Shown here piece by piece: positions 1 through 9,611 of a stretch of 29,668 bases of DNA. Both the position numbers and the translations under genes were made by a program. The stretch covers positions 1 to 29,668 of the forward strand of contig JAYNPV010000001.1 in NCBI GenBank assembly GCA_038113925.1. The letters are read 5' to 3'. Origin of the DNA: Gammaproteobacteria bacterium (lineage in GTDB: Bacteria; Pseudomonadota; Gammaproteobacteria; Immundisolibacterales; Immundisolibacteraceae). The notes beneath the pieces were generated by a model that saw only the letters and a program-made list of their open reading frames with translations, ran no database searches and was not told the origin of the DNA. Every line of letters begins with the position of its first letter. The first letter of the stretch is position 1.

Positions 1-2
1 GA

Positions 3-821
3 ATACAGCCCTGGCCGCTGACCGCTGAAATATTTCACGCTGCCCGCGATAGCGGCTATCACTCCATCAGTCTTGATCTGATCTATGGCCTACCCCACCA
101 GAGCCAAGACAGTTTTGCCACCACCCTGGATGAGGTGATTAAACTCGGCCCTGATCGTCTGTCGGTATTTAACTATGCCCATATGCCCCAGCTGTTTAAG
201 GTGCAGAAACAGATCAAGGACGCTGACCTGCCCAGCGCAGCAGAAAAGCTGGCGATACTGAAAAACAGCACCGAACAGCTGTTGGACGCCGGGTACCGCT
301 ATATCGGCATGGATCATTTCGCCAAACCCGATGATGAGCTGGCGCTGGCTCAGGACAATGGCACCCTCTACCGCAATTTTCAGGGCTACAGCACCCATTC
401 GGAGTGCGACCTGGTGGCCCTGGGCAATACCGGTATTGGCATGGTCGGACGTAGTTATAGCCAGAATGAAAAGGGACTGGAGGCCTATCACCAGCGTATT
501 CAACGGGGTGAAATACCCCTGTTTCGGGGTATTGAGCTGAGCGATGATGACCTGCTGCGTCGGGAAGTAATCACTCAGTTGATTTGCAACTTCATGCTTG
601 ATTTTGCCGATATAGAATCGCGATATGCGATTAACTTCGGCGAATACTTCGCTAATGAGTTGGCAACGCTGAAAACGATGGAGCGCGACGGGCTGTTACT
701 GCTCAAGGGTCGCGGGGTTCAGGTGAAGCCCGGTGGCCGTCTGCTGATTCGTAACATCTGCATGGTATTCGACCATTATCTGCCCAAAGCCAGCCAGCAG
801 CGGTTCTCCCGGGTTATCTGA
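3..821 (+). CDS. hemN: Oxygen-independent coproporphyrinogen III oxidase, 5' end outside the window
   Basis: Frame is open from position 3 (IQPW...SISLDLIYGLPHQS...PDRLSVFNYAHMP...YIGMDHFAKPDDEL...RNFQGYST...GRLLIRNICMVFD...RFSRVI). These are HemN-typical motifs. Confidence 0.95.
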   Translation: MQPWPLTAEIFHAARDSGYHSISLDLIYGLPHQSQDSFATTLDEVIKLGPDRLSVFNYAHMPQLFKVQKQIKDADLPSAAEKLAILKNSTEQLLDAGYRYIGMDHFAKPDDELALAQDNGTLYRNFQGYSTHSECDLVALGNTGIGMVGRSYSQNEKGLEAYHQRIQRGEIPLFRGIELSDDDLLRREVITQLICNFMLDFADIESRYAINFGEYFANELATLKTMERDGLLLLKGRGVQVKPGGRLLIRNICMVFDHYLPKASQQRFSRVI

Positions 822-839
822 CCCAGCCTGGTGGGCGGC

Positions 840-1505
840 ATGCGTCATTTCGATGATATTCATACCGAGGTAATCACCCGCCTTGGCGATGCCGGACTCG
901 CTGAGCAGTTGATTGTGCCCGCCAGCGATCGGCAGCTGGCCTCCCTGGGCGATGATCGTTACCTGTCATTGATGAGTCTGCGGATATTTCGTGCCGGACT
1001 AAAACACAGCATGGTCGACGCAAAATGGCCCGCTTTCGAGGAAGTTTTCTACCAGTTTGATCCTGTTAGCGTCATCAATATGCCTGATGAACACCTGGAG
1101 GAGCTTGCCAGTGACGCCCGACTGATTCGCCATTGGGGTAAATTGCAGGCTGTTCGCACGAATGCCGCCGAAATAGCGCGTATTAGTAGTGAAAATGATG
1201 GGTTTGGTAGTTATATTGCGAACTGGCCGGTGGATAATATCGTCGCGCTATGGGCGGAGCTACAGCAGCAGTTCAGCCAGCTTGGCGGCAGTTCGGCGGC
1301 TAATTTTCTGCGCATGGCCGGCAAAGACACTTTTCTGTTCACCCAGGACGTGGTCTCAGCGCTGATCCGCGAGGGGGTCTGCAGCGGCGATCCAAAAAGC
1401 AAAAAAGCCAAAGCGCAGGTGCAGGAGGCCTTCAACACCTGGGCGGACCAGAGCCAGCTGCCGCTCTGCCAGATCAGTAAAATACTGGCATTGTCGACGG
1501 GCTAA
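840..1505 (+). CDS. DNA-3-methyladenine glycosylase I family protein (Tag-like)
   Basis: Motifs DDRYLSLMSLRIFRAGLKHSMVDAKWPAFEEVF..FDP and LIRHWGKLQAVRTNA. ATG at 840 preferred over the upstream GTG at 831. Confidence 0.8.
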   Translation: MRHFDDIHTEVITRLGDAGLAEQLIVPASDRQLASLGDDRYLSLMSLRIFRAGLKHSMVDAKWPAFEEVFYQFDPVSVINMPDEHLEELASDARLIRHWGKLQAVRTNAAEIARISSENDGFGSYIANWPVDNIVALWAELQQQFSQLGGSSAANFLRMAGKDTFLFTQDVVSALIREGVCSGDPKSKKAKAQVQEAFNTWADQSQLPLCQISKILALSTG

Positions 1506-1619
1506 GCCGCTCCCAGACTTGTTTCGTGGCGATCCGGTTTGAAGGTGAACCCTGCTGGTTGGCGGAGTGGGTCAGCGCGAAACCTCTTCATTCGTTATTT
1601 TCGTTGATTCTGTCCAGAA

Positions 1620-2672
1620 TCAGCAGATTCTCGGTAGTTGCTCGCCGGACAACAGATCTAATACCCGGCTGCCGCCAATGCGGTTTTCCAATACCACCGT
1701 GCCAGGGTGTTCGGCGTTAAATTCACCAATCACCGCCGCCTGGTCGCAGCCGCATTGTTTTAGCACCTCAACGGCCCGGGTGGCTCCTGTGCTGGGTAAC
1801 ACGGCTACGAACCTGCCCTCACAGGCGACATAAAGGGGGTCCAGCCCAAGCAGTTCACAAGCATCATGCACGGCGGGACGAACCGGAATGGTTGCTTCTG
1901 CTACCCGTACTCCGAGCCGGGCACCGCTTGCCAGCTCATTGAGCAGGGTCGCCAGGCCCCCCCGGGTGGGATCGCGCAGGCAGTGAACCGGAATGTCTGC
2001 GTCATAGAGTGCGCGGACCGCTGGAAACAGGGGTGCAGCATCACTCAGCAGCGGTTCTTCAAAGGCCAGGTTTTCCCGCAGGCTCATGATCGCGGTGCCG
2101 TGATCCCCCACCGGGCCGCTGACAATGATGCAATCACCCGCCTCTATCTGTTCAGGCCCGGGGGGCCGCGCCCGGGCCCCTGCAAGCAACTCACCGATGC
2201 CGGTGGTGGTGATATAGAGCCCGTCGCACTTGCCGCGCTCCACCACTTTGGTATCGCCGGTGACAATGGTGATCCCGGCGGTGCTGGCAGCAGCGGCCAT
2301 TGAGTTGACCAGGGTCTGCAGATCGGCCATCGGCAACCCCTCTTCGAGAATGAAGGAGGCAGAAAAATAGCGTGGCCGCGCCCCACACATGGCCAGGTCG
2401 TTAGCGGTGCCGTGGATGGCGAGACTGCCGATGTCGCCGCCGGGGAAAAACAGCGGCGAGACGGTGAAGGCATCGCTGCTCATCGCCGTCGAGCCGTTCA
2501 ACTCAAAACAAGCGCCATCGCCCTGCCGGTTGAGCAGCGGATTATCGAAGGCGCGTCGAAAACAGTCGTCGATCAGGCGCAGCATCAGTCGCCCGCCGCC
2601 GCCATGGGCCAGCACGACACGCGGGTATTGTTGACCCGGCAGCGGGCAGCTCAGGTCGATGTTATCGGTCAT
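1620..2672 (-). CDS. hypE: Hydrogenase maturation carbamoyl dehydratase HypE
   Basis: N-terminal LAHGGGG, GGDIGSLAIHGTANDLAM, VTGDTKVVE, RDPTRGGLA, and the invariant C-terminal PRIC. Confidence 0.97.
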   Translation of the reverse strand: MTDNIDLSCPLPGQQYPRVVLAHGGGGRLMLRLIDDCFRRAFDNPLLNRQGDGACFELNGSTAMSSDAFTVSPLFFPGGDIGSLAIHGTANDLAMCGARPRYFSASFILEEGLPMADLQTLVNSMAAAASTAGITIVTGDTKVVERGKCDGLYITTTGIGELLAGARARPPGPEQIEAGDCIIVSGPVGDHGTAIMSLRENLAFEEPLLSDAAPLFPAVRALYDADIPVHCLRDPTRGGLATLLNELASGARLGVRVAEATIPVRPAVHDACELLGLDPLYVACEGRFVAVLPSTGATRAVEVLKQCGCDQAAVIGEFNAEHPGTVVLENRIGGSRVLDLLSGEQLPRIC

Positions 2673-3778
2673 GTTGAGATACCCGCCGGGCCAGCAGTTT
2701 GACGGTATCGAAAATAGGCGGCGCAGGCTCCTTCAGTGGAGACCATAGGTGCCCCCAGTGGGTGTTCGGGCTGGCAGCGGTTACCGAATTGCGCACATTG
2801 ACTGGGCCGGATCAGCCCCTGGAGGACGCTGGCCGCCGGGCAGTCGGTGGGTTCTCTGACCGAGCCGATATCCCAGTGAAAGCGCGCTGTCGCGTCGTAT
2901 TCAGCAAAGGTTTCACGAATGGTGAGCCCCCCCTGGGCAATTACGCCCAGCCCGCGCCAGGCCCGGTCGGTGACAGCAAAGATCTCATCAACCATGCTCC
3001 GGGCGATGGGGTTGCCCTCTGCCTGCACGGCGCGGGCGTAGCGATTATCCACTTCGGCACGGCCCTGTTCGAGCTGGGTTACGGCGGCATCAATGCCGAG
3101 CAAAATGTCGAGGGGCTCAAAACCGGTGATCACAATAGGCACCGCGTAGCGAGCGGCGATGGGGGGGTATTCACCGGTGCCGGTTACTGTACAGACATGG
3201 CCGGCGGCCAGAAAGGCATCCACCCGGCAATCGGGAGAGTCCAAAATAAGCTCCATCGCCGGCGGCACTCGCACATGGGCCGCCAGCACCGAAAAGTTAC
3301 CCAGTGCTAACTGCTTCGACTGTTTGATGGCAATAGAGGTTGTCGGTGCGGTGGTTTCAAAGCCCAACGCAAACAGAATGACATCGTGCTCGGGATTTTC
3401 CTGGGCAACGGTTAATGCATCCAGCGTGCTGGTGATAATGCGCACGTCAGCGCTGCGGGAGCGGGCATCGAACAGGTCGCCCGTTAATCCCGGCACCCGC
3501 ATCATGTCACCGAAGGTACAGAGAATGGTGTCGGGCTGCAGAGCCAGGTGAATGGCCGCTTCGATCTGTTCCAGGGGGGTGACACAGACCGGGCAGCCGG
3601 GGCCATGGATCAGGTCGATCTGCTCGGGCAGTAACTCTTCAAGGGCATAGCGGGCGATGGTATGGGTTTGGCCGCCACAGACTTCCATGATGGTCCAGGG
3701 CCGGCTGACCCGGTCTGCAATACGCTTTAATAGCGGCTGGATCGGGTCGGCATCGCGGAATTCGGACTGATATTTCAC
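2669..3778 (-). CDS. hypD: Hydrogenase maturation protein HypD
   Basis: MEVCGGQTH, GPGCPVCVT, GFETTAP, GHVCTVTG, and the C-terminal Fe-S cysteines with PMVSTEGACAAY. Overlaps hypE by 4 nt. Confidence 0.97.
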   Translation of the reverse strand: MKYQSEFRDADPIQPLLKRIADRVSRPWTIMEVCGGQTHTIARYALEELLPEQIDLIHGPGCPVCVTPLEQIEAAIHLALQPDTILCTFGDMMRVPGLTGDLFDARSRSADVRIITSTLDALTVAQENPEHDVILFALGFETTAPTTSIAIKQSKQLALGNFSVLAAHVRVPPAMELILDSPDCRVDAFLAAGHVCTVTGTGEYPPIAARYAVPIVITGFEPLDILLGIDAAVTQLEQGRAEVDNRYARAVQAEGNPIARSMVDEIFAVTDRAWRGLGVIAQGGLTIRETFAEYDATARFHWDIGSVREPTDCPAASVLQGLIRPSQCAQFGNRCQPEHPLGAPMVSTEGACAAYFRYRQTAGPAGIST

Positions 3779-4071
3779 TGCATCGGGCTCCCCTGGTCAG
3801 ACTGGGCACCGGGCAGTTCATTGAGCAGCGCCAGGGTCGCCTCCGCCGCAGCCTGGTCGAGTATCTGCAGGGCGAATCCGGTATGGGCGATGATGTAATC
3901 GCCAGGCAGCGCCTCCGGGGTATAGGCCAGGCATATTTTCTTGATGACACTGCCAAATTTCACCCTGGCGAATTTCATGGTTCCGTTGGCCAGATCAATC
4001 GCAGGCTCATTATCCCGGTCATCGGTAGCGCCAATCAGTTCAATGATCTCTCCCGGCACAGCTAGGCACAC
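3775..4071 (-). CDS. hypC: Hydrogenase assembly chaperone HypC
   Basis: N-terminal MCLAVPG (GTG start) and GDYIIAHTGFA, located between hypF and hypD. Confidence 0.93.
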   Translation of the reverse strand: MCLAVPGEIIELIGATDDRDNEPAIDLANGTMKFARVKFGSVIKKICLAYTPEALPGDYIIAHTGFALQILDQAAAEATLALLNELPGAQSDQGSPMQ

Positions 4072-6293
4072 GAGCGATGCTCCCCATTTTGAAGTTGTTT
4101 AGCGTAACCAGCATTGGCCACCCAGGCCTGACCCAGCGCAAGGCCGCCGTCCCCCGGGGGCAATTGTTGCGCAAAAATCACTCGGTAACCACGATCTACC
4201 AGAGTATCGAAACAACTCTCGACCAGTAATTTATTTTGAAAACAGCCGCCGCAGAGGGCAACTGTTTCGGGCTGCTGCGCTTCAACGACAGTGATTACCA
4301 TCGCCACCAGGGTTGCGTGAAAGCGGGATGTCAGGCGGCCGGGCGCTCCCCGGTCTGCAAACATCTCTGCCAACATTGGCTGCCAGTCGAGCTCGTTATC
4401 GGTAAAGCTGAAGGGGTAGGGTGGGGCATCCGCATTAGCGGCATGCTCAACGGCCATCGCCGCCTGACCTTCGAAGGTGGGTGCCGGGCACAACCCGGAA
4501 ACTGCTGCCACGGCATCGAACAGTCGCCCGACGCTGCTGCTCTGCGGGCAGTTGCCATTGCCTGCCAGCGTCAGATAGGGCTCGATATTGGCGTTGATAT
4601 CATCCGGCACCTGTTCACTCTGTGCAGATAACCCCGCCACCACCCGCCAGCCATTACGAGCCGCCGCCTCACCGCCCGGCAGGGGAAACGGGCGCAGGCT
4701 CGCCACCCGCCGATAGCCGGCCCGATTCAGCTGTAAAAATTCGCCCCCCCAGCTGTTGCCGTCGTCACCGTATCCGGCCCCGTCCCAGGTGACGCAGAGT
4801 GCTTGATCTAAACCATGTTCCGCCAGGCAGGCAGCGCCGTGGGCGTGATGGTGCTGCACGGTAATGGCGGTGCGGGGGTGCTGTTCGGCCCAGAGGCGGG
4901 TGGCGTAATCGGGATGGCGGTCGGTGGCCACTCTATTGACGTGCTGGTTGAGGAATTTCGGTAGTGCCTCCAGGCTGTCAGCCATCGCCTGGCGCGCGGG
5001 CCAGGAGTCAAGATCGCCTACCTGCGGCCAGCAAATGGCCTGCCCATTGCAGAGCAATAGTGGCGTCTGTTTTAAATGCCCGCCGGTGGCAAGTATGGAC
5101 GCTGAACCGCCGGGCATGGGAAAAGCGCGCGGTGCAAACCCCCGGGCAAACCGCAGCATCTGCACCTTGTCTCTAACAATCTGTACCACCGAGTCGTCTA
5201 CCGCGTGGACAATGGCCCGGTTGTGGCTGAGAAATCCATCGGCAATTTTGCCCAGTTTTTGCCGCGCCTCGGCATCGTCGGTGATGATCGGCTCGCCGTG
5301 CAGGTTGCCACTGGTGACCACCAGTGGCCTCTCCATCCGCCGGGCAAGCAGGGCATGCAGGGAGGATGCCGGCAGCATGATTCCCAGCATGGGGTTGCCT
5401 GGTGACACTGACGCTGGCAGTGATCGCCCTGCGGCTGGCAACAACAGGATAGGTGCGGCGGGACTCCTTAGCGTCTGCGCATCGAGGTCGTTAATCGTCG
5501 CATAGTCAGCGGCTGACTCCAGATCCCTGACCATCACCGCAAAGGGTTTAGCCGGCCGCCGCTTTCTCTGACGCAGGGTGGCAATCGCCTGCTCATTGTC
5601 TGCCGCCACCAGTAACTGGTAGCCCCCCACCCCTTTCAGCGCGAGGATTTTTCCAGCTTGTAACAAATCGATAGCCGCCTGTAAGGGGTCTATTTCAGCC
5701 GGATCGAAAGGGTGGGCGGGGCCGAAGAACTCCAATGTTGGCCCACAGCTCCCGCAGCAGATCCCCTGGGCATGAAAGCGCCGGTTCTCTGCATCGTGAT
5801 ATTCATCCGCACAGTGAGCACAGGGCTCAAACTCGGCCATGGTGGTATTGGCGCGATCAAAAGGAGTGGCGCGAATCATGGAAAAGCGCGGTCCGCAGTC
5901 CACACAACTGATAAACGGGTAGCGATAACGGCGGTTGGCGGGGTCGTCCAGCTCCTGTAGACAGGCGGGGCAAGGTGCCAGATCAACCGGTGTGGACAGT
6001 TCTGTGTTGCCCCCTGGTTGGCTGTCGACAATGGCGAATGTTCTGCTGCCCTGGGGCGAACAGTGCGTCCAGTGGGTTTTGCTGATCTTGCTATTTGGTG
6101 GCGCTGAGGGGATCAACTGCTCGACAAACTGTTTGATGGCGTCGGCGGGGCCTTCAACCTCCACCGTCACCGACCCCGCACAGTTTTGAACGAATCCGGT
6201 CAGGGCAAATTGCCTCGCCAGACGCACCATAAAGGGTCGAAAGCCGACCCCCTGTACGATGCCACTGATCACCCCACGCTGGCGTTGAATCAA
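4062..6293 (-). CDS. hypF: Carbamoyltransferase HypF
   Basis: Acylphosphatase domain (GIVQGVGFRPF), two Zn fingers (CPAC...CVDCGPRF; CAHC...CGSCGP), HHHAH, SSVGRLFDAVAA and PPGDGGLALGQ. Confidence 0.97.
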   Translation of the reverse strand: MIQRQRGVISGIVQGVGFRPFMVRLARQFALTGFVQNCAGSVTVEVEGPADAIKQFVEQLIPSAPPNSKISKTHWTHCSPQGSRTFAIVDSQPGGNTELSTPVDLAPCPACLQELDDPANRRYRYPFISCVDCGPRFSMIRATPFDRANTTMAEFEPCAHCADEYHDAENRRFHAQGICCGSCGPTLEFFGPAHPFDPAEIDPLQAAIDLLQAGKILALKGVGGYQLLVAADNEQAIATLRQRKRRPAKPFAVMVRDLESAADYATINDLDAQTLRSPAAPILLLPAAGRSLPASVSPGNPMLGIMLPASSLHALLARRMERPLVVTSGNLHGEPIITDDAEARQKLGKIADGFLSHNRAIVHAVDDSVVQIVRDKVQMLRFARGFAPRAFPMPGGSASILATGGHLKQTPLLLCNGQAICWPQVGDLDSWPARQAMADSLEALPKFLNQHVNRVATDRHPDYATRLWAEQHPRTAITVQHHHAHGAACLAEHGLDQALCVTWDGAGYGDDGNSWGGEFLQLNRAGYRRVASLRPFPLPGGEAAARNGWRVVAGLSAQSEQVPDDINANIEPYLTLAGNGNCPQSSSVGRLFDAVAAVSGLCPAPTFEGQAAMAVEHAANADAPPYPFSFTDNELDWQPMLAEMFADRGAPGRLTSRFHATLVAMVITVVEAQQPETVALCGGCFQNKLLVESCFDTLVDRGYRVIFAQQLPPGDGGLALGQAWVANAGYAKQLQNGEHRSCA

Positions 6294-6547
6294 GAGGTTT
6301 CTTCGGTTAACTCGATTGACTCAATCTCAATACCCCCGAGAAATTCCCCATCTTCAACGATTTCCAGGGCTATCGTGCCCAGATTCCGCTGGCTGATTTC
6401 CTGTTCGAAGTGTTCTCGAAGGTGATCGGCAGAGCCGCCGGCGAGTACGCCCAGGCGAATGTGGATGCCGCGCAATTCGCCCCCCTGCTCGGTGGCACCA
6501 TTGAGCGCGGTTTGCAATAGTTGGCGGATCAGTCCGGATTCATGCAT
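6290..6547 (-). CDS. hypA: HypA-like nickel chaperone, 85 aa, lacking the Zn-finger subdomain
   Basis: N-terminal MHE Ni-binding motif, HIRLGVLAG strand and C-terminal IEIESIEL strand. Strong RBS (AGGAGG) upstream and 4-nt overlap with hypF. Contains no cysteines. Confidence 0.8.
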   Translation of the reverse strand: MHESGLIRQLLQTALNGATEQGGELRGIHIRLGVLAGGSADHLREHFEQEISQRNLGTIALEIVEDGEFLGGIEIESIELTEETS

Positions 6548-6696
6548 GTCGGTATCCTCCTATAGCGGTTAGTCTGGTTGGCTGCCCTTGAGCCCAGGTC
6601 GGGGTGAATGCCTCAACGCCTGCATAAACGGCCGGGCAGCAGCGAGATCGGTTAACCGCCGTGAGCGAACTTCATGGAACAGGGGAACCCTATCGG

Positions 6697-9414
6697 TTAG
6701 TGGTTCCGCTCACGGCGCAAAGCCAGACGAATCTGCTTCTCGGTTTCAATGATGGTAAATAGTGCCACGCCGATGGCAATGATCAGTACTCCATCCGTAA
6801 ACGGGATCGATTCAGTTGCAAATATCGCCTGTAGCGGTGGCAGATAGGTGATTGCAAGCTGCGCCACGGTAACGGCAATCACTACCATCCAGACCACTTT
6901 TGTGCCTCGCACGGCTTTCCAGGTCAATGAAGTCCCGTAGATATTGCGAATGAAGAACAGTTGAAAAATCTCCATTACCACCAGGGTGTTCACTGCCAGG
7001 GTTCGTGCCAGCTCCAGAGAATAGCCACTATCGATAGCGTAGTAATAAATACCGTAAACACCACTCAGGAAAAGCAGGGAAACCAAAACGATATGCCATA
7101 CCAGCTCACCACTGAGTAAAGGCTCATCTCGCGAACGGGGCGGGCGGCGCATGGTGTTCTCTTCAGTCGGTTCGAAGGCGAGGGCGATGCCCAGCGTAAC
7201 TGCGGTAACCAGGTTGATCCATAGAATCTGAACCGGGGTGATCGGCAGGGTCATTCCGAAAAACAGCGCTACAATAATAGTCATGGCCTCACCGGCGTTG
7301 GTGGGCAGCGTCCAGCTGATCACTTTCTTCAGGTTGTCATACACGGTACGGCCTTCACGCACAGCGGCTACGATGGAGGCGAAATTGTCATCCGCAAGTA
7401 CCAGCTCCGCCGCCTCCTTGGCAGCCTCGGAACCTTTAAGCCCCATGGCGATGCCGGCGTCGGCCCGTTTCAGTGCGGGGGCGTCATTAACCCCGTCGCC
7501 CGTCATTGCAACGGTCATGTCGTGTGCCTGCAAAGCGGTGACAAGGCGCAGCTTATGTTCCGGACTGGTGCGAGCGAAGATGTCGCAGTCGACAACGGTC
7601 TCTTTTAACTGTTGATCATCCATGCGATCCAGGTCGATGCCGGACAGCACTTTGTCCGGGTTTTGTAAGCCGATCTGCCTGCCAATCGCGGCGGCAGTCG
7701 TCCCATGATCGCCGGTAATCATCTTCACCCGGATACCTGCGTTATGGCATTCCGTGACTGCGGTAATCGCTTCCGCTCGCGGCGGGTCGATCATCCCGAC
7801 CATGCCAAGCAGGGTGAGGGTGCCTGGTAGATCCGGATGTTCCAGTACCGTGTGTTCAGGCTGCACCGGCTTCACGGCAAAGGCCAGCACACGCTGCCCC
7901 TGTGCGGCTATGACTTCTGCTTTGTGCTCCCAGTAGCGGGTATCCAGCGGTTCCTGCTCTCCGTCTGCTCCACGCTGGTCGTGGCACATGGCGAGCAGGC
8001 TTTCCGGCGCACCTTTGACAAATATAAATGCATGTCGCGCGTGATCATGGTGCAGGGTAGCCATAAATCGGTGACGGGCATCGAAGGGAATGGCATCGGT
8101 ACGGGTCCAGGCCGCCTGTTCTTTGCGCACATCCACGTCCATTTTCCCGGCAAAGGTCAGCAGGGCTCCCTCCATGGGGTCGCCCTCGGCATGCCACACT
8201 CCGTTTTTCTCATGTAATGCCGCGTCGTTGCAGAGCGCTGCGGTCCGGGCAAGTTCCTCGACCACGCTATGCTCGGCGGGAGAGATATGGGCATCCTCCA
8301 GCTTCAACGCCCCCTGGGGGGCGTAACCTTCGCCTTCAAGGGTAAAGAGCTGTTGCTGTGTCAGTACCGAGGCGACCATCATCTCATTGCGTGTCAGCGT
8401 ACCGGTTTTATCGGAACAGATAACAGAAACCGAACCCAGCGTTTCGATGGCGGGCAGTCGTCGCACAATCGCCTGCCGTCTTGCCATCCCCTGTACTCCC
8501 ACAGCCAGGGTAATGGTGAGTACGGCGGGTAAGCCTTCGGGGATGGCGGCAACAGACAAACCCACCACCGACAGGAACAATTCCGCTAAATCGTGACGAC
8601 CGACAAAATAACCATAAATCAGCAATAGCGCCGCAATCAGTAAAATAACCACCGTCAACCACCTGGCGAAGATACCCATCTGTTTGACCAGGGGGGTGGT
8701 GAGCGTTTCTACTTCAGCAAGCAGGCTGCTGATTCGTCCGATCTCGGTATTACTACCGGTAGCCACGACCATGCCCTTGCCCTGACCGGACGCCACCAGC
8801 GTGCCGGAATAGGCCATGCAGGAACGATCCCCCAGCGCTGAATTCCCGGCGACCGGATTAATCTGTTTTTCGGCGGGCACGGACTCGCCGGTCAGAATCG
8901 CTTCCTGCATCAGCAGGCCGTGGGCGGTCAGCAGGCGCAGATCGGCGGGTACCTTGTCGCCCGCTTCCAGCAGCACGATATCGCCAGGTACCAGGTGGTC
9001 GCCATCGACGCTGACACGCTCACCGCCCCGAATGACATGGGCGCGAGGCGCAAGCATCTGGCGTATCGCATCCATGGCCTTCTCTGCCTTGCCTTCCTGA
9101 ATGAAGCCGATAATAGCGTTGGCAACCACCACTGCCAGGATGACACCCGTATCGATCCAATGCCCCAGCGCCGCGGTAATCAGTGCAGAGCCGAGCAGCA
9201 CATAGATGAGAATGTTATGGAAATGGAGCAGGAAACGTACTACCGCGCTGCGTTTTGCCGCTTCCGGTAAACGATTGGCACCATATTGTGCGAAACGTGC
9301 CTCGGCCTGGTGTTGGTTCAGGCCATCGCTGGAGGTTGTCAGCGCCTTAAGCGACTCTTCTACAGAGAGGTTATGCCATCCAGCCTGTCCCTTATCCGGT
9401 TTTGGGGTCTGCAC
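6697..9414 (-). CDS. Cation-transporting P-type ATPase, type II (CtpF/PacL-like)
   Basis: TGES, PEGLP, phosphorylation motif DKTGT, GDPMEGA, KGAPE, TGD, MTGDGVNDAPAL, and TM6 QILWINLVTAV. Confidence 0.93.
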   Translation of the reverse strand: MQTPKPDKGQAGWHNLSVEESLKALTTSSDGLNQHQAEARFAQYGANRLPEAAKRSAVVRFLLHFHNILIYVLLGSALITAALGHWIDTGVILAVVVANAIIGFIQEGKAEKAMDAIRQMLAPRAHVIRGGERVSVDGDHLVPGDIVLLEAGDKVPADLRLLTAHGLLMQEAILTGESVPAEKQINPVAGNSALGDRSCMAYSGTLVASGQGKGMVVATGSNTEIGRISSLLAEVETLTTPLVKQMGIFARWLTVVILLIAALLLIYGYFVGRHDLAELFLSVVGLSVAAIPEGLPAVLTITLAVGVQGMARRQAIVRRLPAIETLGSVSVICSDKTGTLTRNEMMVASVLTQQQLFTLEGEGYAPQGALKLEDAHISPAEHSVVEELARTAALCNDAALHEKNGVWHAEGDPMEGALLTFAGKMDVDVRKEQAAWTRTDAIPFDARHRFMATLHHDHARHAFIFVKGAPESLLAMCHDQRGADGEQEPLDTRYWEHKAEVIAAQGQRVLAFAVKPVQPEHTVLEHPDLPGTLTLLGMVGMIDPPRAEAITAVTECHNAGIRVKMITGDHGTTAAAIGRQIGLQNPDKVLSGIDLDRMDDQQLKETVVDCDIFARTSPEHKLRLVTALQAHDMTVAMTGDGVNDAPALKRADAGIAMGLKGSEAAKEAAELVLADDNFASIVAAVREGRTVYDNLKKVISWTLPTNAGEAMTIIVALFFGMTLPITPVQILWINLVTAVTLGIALAFEPTEENTMRRPPRSRDEPLLSGELVWHIVLVSLLFLSGVYGIYYYAIDSGYSLELARTLAVNTLVVMEIFQLFFIRNIYGTSLTWKAVRGTKVVWMVVIAVTVAQLAITYLPPLQAIFATESIPFTDGVLIIAIGVALFTIIETEKQIRLALRRERNH

Positions 9415-9490
9415 GCTTGCTTCACGTCCTTATCTGTTACCGACTTGATCTGACCCTCTTGTAGTCGCGAACCTTCTTGGGCCTGGCTCA

Positions 9491-9580
9491 ATTATCCTGA
9501 TCAAGGTGTTGTCGACTAACAGCTTATGAATATTTCATCATAATTTAAAATTGTAACTATTTATTAATACAGTATTGTTA
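9491..9580. promoter_or_regulatory. AT-rich divergent control region with an FNR-like box and palindromes
   Basis: ATTATCCTGATCAA at 9491-9504 matches 8/10 of TTGAT-N4-ATCAA. Palindromes: TTATGA-N8-TCATAA (9524-9543), ATGAA-N3-TTCAT (9526-9538) and AATAC-A-GTATT (9566-9576). Lies between the divergent ATPase/hyp and hydrogenase operons. Confidence 0.4.
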
Positions 9581-9611
9581 AGCTCTGCAGACAGCTCTAA
9601 ACGGGTAAATA

